Under the pieces are notes generated by a model that was given only the letters and a program-made list of their open reading frames with translations, searched no databases and had not been told where the DNA came from. A program made the translations under genes and the position numbers. From Octopus vulgaris (Eukaryota): DNA of 64,000 nt. Of this stretch, positions 28,884-42,265 are shown piece by piece (the first letter of the stretch is position 1; every line of letters begins with the position of its first letter). The DNA lies in the NCBI GenBank assembly GCA_951406725.2, contig OX597815.1, positions 83,142,001-83,206,000 on the forward strand. Direction: 5' to 3'.

Positions 28884-28983
28884 NNNNNNNNNNNNNNNNN
28901 NNNNNNNNNNNNNNNNNNNNNNNNNNNNNNNNNNNNNNNNNNNNNNNNNNNNNNNNNNNNNNNNNNNNNNNNNNNNNNNNNNN
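28884..28983. other. Assembly gap (100 N)
   Basis: Run of N. Confidence 1.
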
Positions 28984-29033
28984 TTTCTAGCTTATGTACG
29001 TTCAGACTTTACATCCCAAATCTTCTCATCGGA

Positions 29034-29065
<32 letters not shown>

Positions 29066-29320
29066 AATTGCAAGATCCAGGGATCTAAATGTAGAAAGTT
29101 TGTAAGTTTTGAGTAGGTCGTGGTAGATATAAAACAACATTGAGGACCAGTAACAATTTATTGGCTTCGAACGTATTAGGCTTTTCCCATTTCTAAGAAC
29201 GATAAGGTGATAAAGAAATATAGTTCACGGTTAGCAACTAGGGTTGTTATGAATGCGAATAGAAATTCAAATTGAGTGATTAGAACAGATAAATCCAGGT
29301 TACATGGGTTTCCTACCTAG

Positions 29321-29559
29321 CAGATCCTTTGATGTAATAATTATTCAATGAGGGGTAGTCTCCTAGCTACTCAGGCCGAAGGTACCTTAATTATATGAAG
29401 GTCACATTGTTGTTGAGGAAACCCTATTTAACATGCCGATGATATAACTATACCTTCATAAGAGATTGAGTTATACCTTCATATAATTTAGGTATCTTCG
29501 GCTTGAGTAGAAGCCAGCTGAGTACCCTGCGTTGAGTAATTATTACGTCAGAGGATCTG
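29321..29559 (+). repeat. Imperfect inverted repeat with ~82-bp arms (long hairpin)
   Basis: 29321-29402 is complementary to 29475-29559. Confidence 0.85.
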
Positions 29560-29592
29560 ATGGCTAGGAAGCATATATAGCTCTCAGTTTGG

Positions 29593-29710
<118 letters not shown>

Positions 29711-29978
29711 GTATTTACATACATATGAGTGTATGCGTGTATCTATGTGTACATATACATATATAAGTCTTTGTCTGTTCGCACGTGAATATATGTGTAA
29801 TACGTATAGCCTGCAAACCGACATCAACAGTTAATATGACAACCACGGCGAAAAAGATCCATACTTATTGCAACTGAAGGAAGATGAATGAGCATATACT
29901 CACCTCTATCATATTATAGCTTACAAATCGACGCTGATATATATTTATAAATACACATTCACACACACACACAAACAA

Positions 29979-30025
<47 letters not shown>

Positions 30026-30332
30026 AGTAAACTTTAAGAAACTCACTAAACCACCTTGCTAATACACACAAACATAAATTATTTATCTTTCAATCTCCCT
30101 CAAAGTACTAAAGTAAATTTCCTCTTACAAGTTTGAAGCATAGAAGTCGTTCGTCAACATATTGCCTCTTATACATTCTTCAAAGAGAATGATCATACAG
30201 CGATAACGCCTTACTTTCCCTACAAAATATATATACATATATATGTGTGTGTGCGTGCGTGTAGAAATGTATAAATAGGCACAAACAAACACACAAACAC
30301 ACACACACACATATATATATATGATTACACTC

Positions 30333-30379
30333 ACATACATACATACATACATACATACATACATACATACATACATACA

Positions 30380-30407
<28 letters not shown>
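30333..30407. repeat. (ACAT)n microsatellite
   Basis: Directly visible. Confidence 0.95.
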
Positions 30408-30410
<3 letters not shown>

Positions 30411-33400
30411 GAATATATCTATAAATGTGTATAGATTAAGCGTGGCTTGTCTCTGTTGCTGTCTCCTTTCTTTTAAGCCACGAATAGTGCCTCGAAGAAT
30501 CCCAGTATGACTCGAGGAAACCTTTCATATGTTTCAACCTGGAAAAGACTGATTTAGTTCTTATATTAATTGGTTCCCTTGGCAACTTTATTCAAAATTT
30601 TTCAAAGACTATGTAAATTCGTGTATACTTACACACTTATCTATGCGTATATTTTCATTCGTCCATACTTACATTCATACACACGCACACATATGTATAT
30701 ACATATATGGGGTTTTGGGGTAGACATACAATCATCTATAAACATATGTTTGCGAGAGATGTTTTATGCATTGTTGATGCTATATTACTTATTTTTACTA
30801 CAACTTTTGCAGACAAGTGCAAAAGTTCAAAATTTCTATAATGCACCTTCGCTTATGTAAAGAATGTATTCGCCATTATAAATAAAGAAATAAAGAAATA
30901 TATATATATATTTATAGGCATGCGTGTGTGTGCAGGTGCAATAATATGTTACAATTATTTATAGATATTTTTGCATTGTTTGATATACATTTAGAAAACA
31001 AAAAATAACAACTTCCCTTCACTGCAATTACTGCCTTTGCTATTTATACGTTTGAGTAGATATTCGTAGCGTAGCTTTTCGACTCAAGTAAAACATTCCT
31101 AAGTCTGTCTTGTCAAATCTCATTCTTATTTGGATGTCAAAAACACTAGTCAATCAAATACACCTAAATAAAAACATAATCGAGATATTTTCATAGTGTA
31201 AAGTGATATTCAATGACGCATGCAATGTGATTTCTCCTAAAAACCATGTTATATCAAATAATTTTTGCTTTTTGGATGATGCAAATTCGGATCTGTCATA
31301 GCATACAACGCCATAACACTTTCATGCAGAACCTCTTAGAAAAGAATGGGGACGCAGAAATTAAAATGTGTTACTGAAACATTATCCGATATGGAACTCT
31401 TTGATTCAGCAACAGTAGGTAAAAGTTTCAAGTTGTTTGAGAGAATCTGTATATATTACGCAATGCTGACTTGAGTCATAAAGAAAAGATTGTAAAAATA
31501 AAAATGCGAATAACTTTGACTTCCGTTTTTTGTACGTTATTATATTTACCTGTTAGTATGTTTGTTTGTGAGCGTGTAAGTTCAAGTACGCATGTTATTT
31601 TCTGTTTTCATTTGCTACTTCTATAAGAAGGTCGTATGCCACGGACCTTGCAGACCATGCTCGGCAAACGAGCTTACTTTCATTAATGTTTCTCTTCAAA
31701 CTTTGCAAGTCAGCACCAGCAGAGAAAATCTGAGCAGAGAAGATATTCCAGTGGGCAAAAGTTTTGAGAAGAGATTTCTTGAAATAGGAAGGTGTGAGCC
31801 GCCTTAAGTTTAGACACAACAGTTGTGATGAGAAAATAGGAGACCATTTCGTTAAACTCAGGCCTAAACGGGAACATCTATTCTTAAAATACGACGTTAC
31901 CGTTGTGCAAATGTTTTTCACTTTTCTGACTTCATATATTATATATTATTTATAACCCTCCTGAGAACAGACTTTATGCGCGATCTGAAGCTAACCATTC
32001 AATTACTTGTTAACTGCATTAAGCCCACACTTTTCCTTCCAGCATAAATAACTTTGTTCATACGGAATAATTCGCAACAAAATATTCTTACAAGGAATTG
32101 TAGTTTATATGGATGGTTGAAGTGAACCTTCATGAATTTCATTGAATATATTCTATTTGATGACTTTAAGTTAAATCAATGCACATGATTTTTTTCAAAA
32201 ATTAATTTTCACTTGTTAAAACATTATTAATACTCAATGGTGAGGGTTACGGTTGAGTTATTATCTATAAGAAAACATCGGATCATTCCAACAATCATCT
32301 TATTTAGCTTGTAGTGAAAAGAACAGTTAGACCTGGAAAATTTTAAACAATTTTCTATTCTGATATTGTGTAAACAGCTTTTATTTGAAATACACAATAG
32401 CATGGTTTAATGGAGGGACGGGAAGAAGTGCAAGCCAGAGTAGGTGAAAGTCTATTGTAAAGAGATATACACTCTCCACCTGATACAAACATGTGAAAAA
32501 ATATGCCCACAGATTGAAAAATAAATAACACAAACGGAAAAAGCATAACAATAGACACAGCAAACATTACAATCAGGAATAAAATAAACCTGGCGCAAGC
32601 TAAAAAATTATACGAGGCTTTGTAGCACACATAATGTTGAACGTAGGTTGACTCTAAAGAACAAAGGAAGGGGAAAAGAAAATTAAAAATAAAAACCAGA
32701 AATATGCATTCTATTTTATATTCTTTTTTTGCTAGAGAAAAAGAAAATGGAAAATACCAACGGCTGCGATACCGACAAGAGAAATAGCAACGGCAGCATT
32801 GGCAAAGGCAATAACATCATCAGCAACATACACTAGAGCAACAAAAACAAAATATACTTTTCATTCACCTCTGGCCTCGACTGCAACAATATCGACTTCT
32901 AGATATTCTACCTCGGAATCTTATACTTAGCATTACCAAATGCATCGAACTTATCGAAACAATTCTTTGAACATATCTCATGCATTCAGAACATACACCT
33001 TACTTATACACTCTCTCTTCTTGGTCCTCGGTGACTTTAAATATCTCACAGTACTGCGTATGCCAAAACCTTTACATTTCTTAACATTTTATATTAATTT
33101 GTTTCATCCTGTAATCACATCCCAAAATGACACACACTTCAAATACACTTGGCCTCTTTCTCGCCTCGACACTGAATTTCTACACGACAGTAACTATTTC
33201 TGCTCTGTTCGTTTCCCAATCACTGCCATATCGCAACATCCAGATGCCCTTTCACGTACTATATAATGCCCCAACACCTCCACTCAAAGGCGCATCATAC
33301 CAGCCGACTATGTAGAGGACAGGTAATTTATGCCAATCAACTCTGACATTATACCTCCTGAGCCCCCTAAAAAGACACAAGCACGCACTGCCGCTCACAC

Positions 33401-33529
33401 ACATACATATATGTATACACACAAGCACGTACATATATACATACAATAATACTTTCATAATTCGTTCCCTCAGTTCTTTTGCAGTACACCATTGTATCAA
33501 ACGATACGCGCTTATTATTTGCTATCTAT

Positions 33530-33745
33530 AAGGCGTCGAACTGGCAGAATCGTCAGCACGCCGGGCGAAATGCTCAGCGGTATTTCGTCTGTTGCTATGT
33601 TCTGAGTTCAAATTCCGCCAAGGTCGACTTTCTTTTTCATCCTTGCAGGGTCGATAAAGTAAGTACCAGTTGCGCACTGGGTTGATGTAATCGATTTAAT
33701 CCCTTCCCCCAAATTTGAGGCATTGTGTTCCCATTGGAAAGGAAT
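33530..33745 (+). mobile_element. tRNA-derived Meta-like SINE, tail type CCCTTCCCCCAAA..GAAAGGA
   Basis: Box A-like CTGGCAGAATCG, box B-like GAGTTCAAATTCC, TTTCATCCTT..GGGTCGATAAAGTAAGTACCAG. Confidence 0.85.
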
Positions 33746-33811
33746 ATTTACTATCTATTTGTTTGGTGCTTAATACTGTCATATATGATATATGTACTCT
33801 CAGTACTTGAA

Positions 33812-34125
33812 GGTGCATGGCCCTGTGGGCTCATAATTGTGAGATAGTGAGTTCGATTCACTGACAGTGCTGTGTGTTGTGCTCTTGAGCAAGACACTAT
33901 ATTTCACATTGCTCCAGTTCACTCAGCTCTAAGAATAAGTTGCGACGTCACTGGTGCCAAGCTGTATCAGCTTTTGCTTTCCCAAGTATAACGTCGATGG
34001 CATGCAGATGAGAGGCGGGTATGCATAAAGGACCGTAGCCAGACTTGTGCCTCGGAGGGAAACTTTCTAGGTTCAATCCCATGGTCTTTAATGAACGAAG
34101 CTGGGATGTGGGGCGACCTTTACTT
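33812..34125 (+). mobile_element. tRNA-derived CORE-like SINE
   Basis: Colinear with 46196-46517 (GAGCAAGACACT..GCTCCAGTTCACTCAGCT..GCGACGTCACTGGTGCCAAGCTGTATC..AACTTTCTAGG). Confidence 0.8.
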
Positions 34126-35234
34126 CACCTTTACCTTTACCCTTAGTATCACAGTAAATATTTGTTTATGTGTAGATACATTCGATATGCTTTTAAATTT
34201 TTATCGTTAGTTCAAAAACGTAATACAAAGATGTTTTCAATTCAGAATCTATTGATTAATTTTACACACTCACGCACGCCCCCCCCCATCATCATCATTA
34301 TCATAATTAACATTATAAGGATGTAACATTATAAGAATGTACCGTTAACAATTTTTCAATATTCTTGTAGGAATCAGACGGTTAATTATTTACTATTTGT
34401 TATTTTGGAGTTAAGAATATTATAAGCTATTTGCTCTCAGTCTGATAGACTACAATTTGTTTATAGTACTGCTTATTTACTTACATTATAATTTACAAGC
34501 ACTTAAATTTAGGAGTTAGATAGTTATCAGAAAATTCATGCATAAACAGCTACTATTCTGCTGATGAATTTTATTTTACGTATACTTAAATGTAATTCTT
34601 TAGCTAAGATTAACACTTTTACAAAATATTTGTTACCGAATTCAATTGAAATTATATCAGAAATATTGTGCTCTCCATGATATTGCTTTCAAATAATATT
34701 TAAAGTAATTTCTTTATTGCTGAGCTTTTGTCATATTCATATAATTCATGCTTAATCCGTAAAGAAGGCTTGTATAAAAATGCATTTTATAAAATGTAAG
34801 CAAGCTTATTATCTGAATTTTGATACACACAGAATATCTATAAGCATAACTACAATTACTCAGTAAGTTGTTGGTAATGAATTTTAAAGTGTTTATTATA
34901 TGGAAATGTATTTTAGATATAGCTTAGAATTAATAAATTATTTATTAGATAATTACAAAATTTATTGAAGGTACATTGGTTTCTTAATATAACTTCTTTG
35001 AACTTCTTAATAATATTGTTATTATATGATATTGTAACATAGATCTCACTTAAGCTTTAATTACGGAAGACGGCTTATTATCCAAAAGGCTTCTTGTTTT
35101 AAGGTAGATTTATACATAAACAACACCATGGTTTTTGGATTATATTTCCCATGTAAAATCTATGAATATAATTAATACCCACCGCTTATATTTTTTGTTT
35201 ATTGTATATTACCTTTTCATGCCTTACCCTATTA

Positions 35235-35450
35235 CCTTTTACCTTGTTGCGGCCATACTGCAGTTCCATCTTCAAGAATCTTTTGTGGAATGAATCGAAG
35301 TCCAATTGTTTTCTTTTTTATAAACCTGGTACTTATTCTATCGGTCTCTAGGCCGAACTGATAACTTACCGGGACGTAAACACACCAACACAGATTGTCA
35401 AGCGATGATGGTGGACAAACACAGATTCAAAGGCTCGCAGACATACAGAT
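35235..35450 (-). mobile_element. 3' half of the abundant CR1-tailed SINE
   Basis: GCGGCCATACTG..ACTTATTCTATCGGTCTC..GGACGTAAACACACCAACA..GTCAAGCGATG, matching the copy at 38505-38853. Confidence 0.7.
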
Positions 35451-36244
35451 GTACACATACGTATGTATATACACACTTATAGAAATATATATATATATAT
35501 ATGTGGAGGTTATGAGAGGTAATCGTGTCAATAAGACCCAAAGGTGTCAGGTAGTGCTGAGTGCTATGGATAGAAATGTCTAATATATCATTTGTATACA
35601 TCTTCACATATAGATTTTCTTCTACTACTAAGCACTGACTTGTTCAACCACCTATTCTATATTCCTAAATTCTTCATTCCACCATATTACTACCTCTCTC
35701 ACTGCCCCATCACTTAGACTCTATCACTACATAACTGACACTCCTTTACTCTTTACCCTATCATCTTTTTACACACTAATATGGCTCTCTCTATCACCCT
35801 CATCTTCCCATTCCTACTTTCTAGTTATCTTGACTGACCACTAACTGGTACACTATCCCTCTCTTCATCCCCTTTTTTTATCTCTCGCCTTGCTTTTTCT
35901 TTTTTTCCTTTTTTCTTTTTCTTCTTCTTTTTTCTTCTCTTTTCTCTCTTTTCTCTCTTTTCTTTATTCCTCTCTTCCTACATTCCCTACTTTTAGGTCA
36001 CTTTAAATAAAACCCTCGAGTCAATAGTACTGTTTACAAACTCTATACTTGGAATGACCAATTTTAAATACTATTGGAATTTACTCACAAGGTATTGGAA
36101 TATTAAATGTATACCGTTCTGCCTAATTAATGGATCAACGAATGCAATATCTCTGCATATCTCACATCTATTTTCATTCCTCCACTTCACTCTCTCTTTT
36201 GTATCTTATCTAAATTAATTATTTCTTAACCATTTTCTCACACC

Positions 36245-36292
36245 GTCTCCAATGAAGGGATATGACAGATATCCTGGAAACAGCTGTATGAT
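36245..36292 (+). ncRNA. Degenerate minimal hammerhead motif at the end of a pyrimidine-rich Penelope-type tail
   Basis: CCAAUGA-A-GGGAUAU..AUAUCCU-G-GAAAC-AGCU-GUA; palindromic ACAGCUGU stem III; core mutated. Confidence 0.5.
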
Positions 36293-37949
36293 CTTCTTTT
36301 TATAAATGATCTAAAATCTTCAGTCTTGGATTTTTATCTCATTCTGAAAAAAAATTTCATATATATCGATAATTTATATACCAATGTACTATAATGTCCG
36401 TATATATGTTAATTATCAAAAAGACACATTCATATACACCTTACGAACATACGTGTGAGTTTTTACTGAAAAAAGATGCAGCTTAGATAGCCGGATTATT
36501 GTGTTCATGAGCTCCCGTTTACTATATTTTTAATACTTGATAAACAGTTTTCGTGACGGTAAAGATTATATGCTGTTCTGATAATGAAGGAATATTTAAC
36601 CCATTTGTTATTTAAAAACAAAAAACCCATGAAAAGCAGTAAAGCAATGAAATCATATTTCTCACCCCTATATCGGTTTAATGAAGTAACGTATCTTTTA
36701 AATATTTTACAGGATACGGGGGACTTCCACAACGATTATTTGTATCCTCTTCTTCCGATCCATACTTATGCTTTTTCTGTTTATCAAGCAACATCTATGT
36801 AATCCTTCATAATTATGCATCAACATATCTAAAACCTAAATCTCTGTAAACCAGTCATACGGGAATCTGTTCGAGATTTTCAGCAATACATTGGAGATGT
36901 TTTCTTTTATTTCTTTTCCTCAAAATTTGAAAATAGGACATTTATATAGGAGACTAATTTTAAAATACTTCGATTTCATTTATCGAGTTGATGGAGTGGG
37001 TCTTTCGTGTTTTAAGTGATGTATTTTAGGAGATGTTAATACTCGCACTTTCCAGTTACGAGAAAAATTGCATTATTTTATAGCGAGAAGTCTATGCTAA
37101 ATGATATAGAAAATCTTTGTTTTATGCAAGATCATGTACCGAAGAAAAACTAAATAAAGTCAATAAATAACACATAAACATAATGTGTTAAAGTGCAAAG
37201 TCATGTAAAACATAAACTGTTCATGTCAACGATGTCCTATGAAAAGATTCAAGAAACTTGAAAATATTTTGATGCAGTACAATTAATCATATCGATTCAT
37301 TAGCTTTCCACATAAACACAATCATAGTCACACTCATACTCACACACATGCACTTAGACGAACATATGTTGTATATGTGTGTGCGTGTGCGTGTGCGTGT
37401 GCATGTGTGTGTGTATGAACATACATCTGTGTGTGTTTATGTATATACATATGTACACACATGTGTGCGCAACGGGCTTGTAGTGCCTCTCTTTAAAACC
37501 AGTAAGAGGGCTTATTTTCATGTATGTACGTGTGTATATGTATGCATATGTGTGTATGTATGTGTGTGTGTGAGAGAGAGAAAGGGATAGTGTGTCCATG
37601 TGCTTGTATGTTACATGTGTGCCTAAGTTGTGATTGCGCGCATGAGAATTCATGGCGCAACAAAGGAGTTAATGGCAAATAGTTCTGATAAACATTTTAA
37701 ACGACAAATACATAAATGTAGTGTCTCACAATGATGCTTTTGAGAGAATTAAGGCCTTGGTTACGGGTGCATGCGTGGCTGCGTATTAAAAAGTTGTCTT
37801 CTCAAACACAAGGTTCGAGTTTGGTTCCACTGTGTAGTTCCTTAAGTAAATGTCTTCTAATATAACAAGAGCTAACCAAAACTGGAATTGATAGGCGAAC
37901 ACTATGTGAAGTCCATCATATTTAGATAGATAGACAGATAGACAGACAG

Positions 37950-38112
<163 letters not shown>

Positions 38113-38504
38113 AAGAGGGAGAGATGTTAGTGTGTGTCTGTGTTCGAATAAATCCCAGCAAGGTCGTGGCCTGACAATTGAAGCAAATATTAGGAGACAT
38201 TTGCCCAAGGGACTACACCAGCCAAAGACTTGCGAGTGGATTTGCTAGGCGGAAACTTAGGCGGAAACTGTATGATGCCCGTCTTAGTTAGTTTAATTAG
38301 TTAGTGAATAAGTGAGTCAATGAGTGAGTTAGTGAGTGTAGTGAGAAAGGGAGGAAGGAAAGGTGGGCGTTAGTGTATTAGCTACAAATTGAGTAGGCTA
38401 GTTAGTTAGTAAGTTAGTCGGTTAGTTCGTTAGTTCGTTACTTAGTTAGTTAATTAGTTCATTAGTTAGTTAGTCAGTCAGTGAGTATGTGCCTATGTTT
38501 GTAC

Positions 38505-38853
38505 TATCTTTTACTCTTTTATTTGTTTCAGATATTTGACTGCGGCCATACTGGAGCACTCCCTTTAGTCGAGCAAATCGACCCAGGACTTATTCTTTGT
38601 AAGCCTAGTACTTATATATCAGTATCTTTTGCTGAACCGCTAAGTTATTGTGACGTAAACACACCACCATCTGTTGTCAAGCGATGGTAGGGGGACAAGC
38701 ACAAACACACAAACATATACCCAAATCTACTCACAAGGCTTTGGTCGGCCCGAGGCTATAGTAGAAGACACTTGCCCAATGTGCCACGCAGTGGGAATGA
38801 ACCAGGAACTATGTGGTTGTTAAGCAAGCTACTTACCACATAGCCACTCCTGC
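38505..38853 (-). mobile_element. tRNA-derived SINE with a CR1-like tail (resembles the octopus OR-type SINEs)
   Basis: Minus strand GCAGGAGTGGCTATGTGGTAAG..GGTTCATTCCC..TTGGGCAAGTGTCTTC..CCAGTATGGCCGCAGTCAAA; same family at 52461-52893, partial copies at ~37765-37920 and ~38195-38283. Confidence 0.85.
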
Positions 38854-39251
38854 AATCTGTGTTTGTGTGTATGTATGCTGCAAAGGAGTTGTGTCAGCGA
38901 ACAGATCATAGATGACAAAATCATTCCATAATTTACTATAAAGTATACTACCAAGAAATATAAACGAAGGTGAATACAAATGCAGAGATGTGTATTAAAT
39001 GACGATCGTGACTCGTCCATGAAGCAAGTATTTTAAGTTTACCATAACATAAAACATCTCAATTCAAGATTCTTACCAGTACAAAATCTCATTCACTGAT
39101 ATATATATATATATATATATATCCCACGAGAGAGAGAGAGAGAGATAGGAGAAAGAGAGAGAGAGAATGATGTATTACACATACATCTATTTATGTATTT
39201 ATTTCTGTTTTGTACATATATATACATGCATTCTTACATATAGATACATTC

Positions 39252-39299
<48 letters not shown>

Positions 39300-40227
39300 C
39301 TGTGTCTGTGTATGTGCGTGTGCGTGTGTGTGTCTGTGTCTGTGTATGTGCGTGTGCGTGTGTGTGTCTGTGTGTGTATTAAAATCCTATATATGTATCT
39401 GGGATGCAGACATGTGGAAATATTTGTTGTCTTTATTGTATAGCTGTAAGAATGCAGGAATATCTGTCAAATATCTCAATGACCTCCCGGAATGCAAATT
39501 TTTGTGTTTATTATTTTTATTTTCCATAACCCCTTGTCACGGCACAAGATTTAACAACCTTCCTAGCAGAGTCGCTTGGCAAGCATAACAGATGGCATTT
39601 TGTTGAAACAGTTACTCAGCCTTGAAAATACGAAAACCCTTGCAGACATAGAACAGGTGTTCTTCGGGTCAGTTACCAAAGCTCATATACCAACATTAGT
39701 TGATCTTATTCTTCACATAAACATCTACATTTATCAAGAGAATTTCTGTAACAAATAAATGCTTCCATGATGCTGTCAAATTGTTTCCATATATTTGTAT
39801 TTTGTTCTTTATTCACTTGTGTCATTTCTAGACCACATTCATTCTCTATATATCCATGTCATTAACTCTAGTTTTCTCCTTTCCTCACTTATCATCTCTC
39901 TTGGTCTCACTCTGAAAAAAAAAAAAAATCACTGCTGAACACGCGTTCGTGTAAATAGCAAGCACAGATACAAATATTCACGCACACTAATATCGACTCA
40001 ATGGGTTCTTTTATCTTTTGAACACTCTATACGTCATTCTATCAATCTTTCTTCTCCGCATGTTTTACATTTTATATTTCATCTTATTTCTTATACGTTG
40101 TTTCAATAATATATGTATTCATGAAAATGCAAGTATGTAAAAAGGCACTCTCTCTTTCTCTGTTTTTTTCTCTCTCTCTCCCTCTCCCTCTCACACACAG
40201 ACATGCAAGCCACACTCACAGAAACAG

Positions 40228-40258
<31 letters not shown>

Positions 40259-40534
40259 TATATGTGCATACATTCACACTCGCGCGCACATATTCAAACA
40301 TCGGTCTTCTAAAATGCCTTCCCCGCACCTGTTATTCCTGATGTTGTTATCTTGCAGCTATTCATATGAAATAATAGCCTGACTCGGATATCCCAAAGAA
40401 TCCAGTGATAGATCATACCCATCCAGGACAGATTCGCGAAAAAACAACACGCAAGAGATGCTTAAAACTGCTCCTTTCCCACCAGCACCACCAGCACCAC
40501 CACTACTACGCACACATACAAAAGCACATATATA

Positions 40535-41155
40535 TATTAGTGTTGACAGAGTCGTGAAGTTTATTCAACTAGTGTATTAGATTAATGGCTGGGTGATAAC
40601 AATTTATTCAAAGTAGCAGCCCTTAGCTTCCGTTCCCGTCACGGATACAGGACAGCTCCAGAATATGAAGCATATATTCCTCACAGTGTTCCTGGGGAGA
40701 TTTTCTAGCACAGCTTCCATCTTAGCCACCAACTCGGCCTTTGTGTTGCAGGCGCAGCGGTTGCTGTCTATCTGAACCACACTGCATTCATAGTAATTCA
40801 TGGGATTACAACAAAAGGAATCGGGAGGCGAGAAATTGGACTCTTCGCCCACCTCTGATCTTTCGGAGTAAGGCAAAAAGCCATATTCTGCCGCCATTCA
40901 TATGGCCTTCAAGCGACAACCATATCCAGCAAATGATTAACCACAGTCCCCAACATCTTCACATAACCGTCTGAATTAAGTCGAAGGCCGAGTTAAAAGA
41001 TGCTGGGATAAATTCCGATGTGTGGACGCCATCAGAATGCCTTCTGTGTATCATGATCGAGGTCACGGCTTCCTAGTCACCGTGACAGCCTTTACAGTAC
41101 TCACAGGGCAATGAGTATGCTGTTAGATTCACGATTTTAAAAGCCACACAGTATA
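40535..41155 (-). mobile_element. Internally deleted Tc1/mariner-superfamily transposon (C-terminal transposase remnant)
   Basis: FSPPDSFCCNPMNYY..CNTKAEL..NLPRNTV..GCYFE resembles the WPPxSPDxNPxDY C-terminus; imperfect terminal repeats AGTCGTGAA / TTCACGATT. Confidence 0.65.
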
Positions 41156-41409
41156 GATTTTTTTTTCAATATTTTGGCTGCATTTATGCTGAAATATCAG
41201 CTATAAACATGTGCAAGTCCTCGTGTTTCAGGAACACTTTCCCAATATTCAAATGGCTTCCAGTGCTCCATGTTATATAAACATTTTCTCAATTACAACT
41301 TTAATATTTATGCTCTCTTACACCATTGACTATTCATTAATACAAGTTGTTCCTGAAAAGAAGAGTTGTAAAATAGTCAAAGTTATCCTGGACACAAACA
41401 CGCACACAC

Positions 41410-41503
<94 letters not shown>

Positions 41504-41671
41504 CATAAGGGACTAAAGCCATCTGAATATGGCTAGGGACAGGGCAGGGTGGTGGGGGTGTTACTGTTGCATTTAGCCCCAGGCGAACATCGACGTCACC
41601 AGAAAGGCTCGACACCGTCACGGTGTCCTTATCCTGCAAAGGGAGGTAATTCCCCGATGAAGCGGAAACCA

Positions 41672-41717
41672 CACACGGACCATGGTTTCAAGGTGTATTG
41701 CCTATCGTCGGCGTGTG
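41672..41717 (-). ncRNA. Type I hammerhead ribozyme motif, copy 1
   Basis: CACACG-CCGACGA-U-AGG-CAAUACA-CCU-U-GAAAC-CAUG-GUC-CGUGUG. Confidence 0.72.
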
Positions 41718-42031
41718 CTAGGCTTCCGCTTCCTCGACGAATTCTCACTCTGCAGGATATTCATATATAGATTTTCAAGCAAAATACATTTGCTGATTTC
41801 GAAAATCTGTTCGAAAGCAATAATAATTCTCTAAAAGAGATATAGACAGTAACTGCTCGATAACATAAGGGACTAAAGCCATCTGAATATGGCTAGGGAC
41901 AGGGCAGGGTGGTGGGGGTGTTACTGTTGCATTTAGCCCCAGGCGAACATCGACGTCACCAGAAAGGCTCGACACCGTCACGGTGTCCTTATCCTGCAAA
42001 GGGAGGTAATTCCCCGATGAAGCGGAAACCA

Positions 42032-42077
42032 CACACGGACCATGGTTTCAAGGTGTATTGCCTATCGTCGGCGTGTG
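42032..42077 (-). ncRNA. Type I hammerhead ribozyme motif, copy 2
   Basis: Same sequence as copy 1, 360 nt away. Confidence 0.72.
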
Positions 42078-42219
42078 CTAGGCTTCCGCTTCCTCGACGA
42101 ATTCTCACTCTGCAGGATATTCATATATAGATTTTCAAGCAAAATACATTTGCTGATTTCGAAAATCTGTATATGAATATCCTGCAGAGTGAGAATTCGT
42201 CGAGGAAGCGGAAGCCTAC

Positions 42220-42265
42220 CACACGCCGACGATAGGCAATACACCTTGAAACCATGGTCCGTGTG
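42220..42265 (+). ncRNA. Type I hammerhead ribozyme motif, inverted copy
   Basis: Stem I CACACG/CGUGUG, core CCGACGA 42226-42232, GAAAC 42248-42252, palindromic ACCAUGGU, GUC 42257-42259. Confidence 0.72.

Noticed and set aside
39430-39760. Possible host exon (unique-looking sequence with AG acceptor-like sites on both strands)
   Set aside because: All three minus-strand frames after the acceptor hit stops quickly, and the plus-strand ORFs show no recognisable protein; a non-coding exon cannot be excluded
41654-41690. Possible opposite-polarity hammerhead (CCGATGA-AGCG-GAAAC) in the same unit
   Set aside because: There is no stem II and the flanks cannot form stem I; the motif is probably a by-product of the rod's self-complementarity
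41501-42170. CRISPR array or LTR pair
   Set aside because: The context is eukaryotic, there are no spacers or cas genes, and the repeats are directly adjacent without TG..CA ends or a primer-binding site
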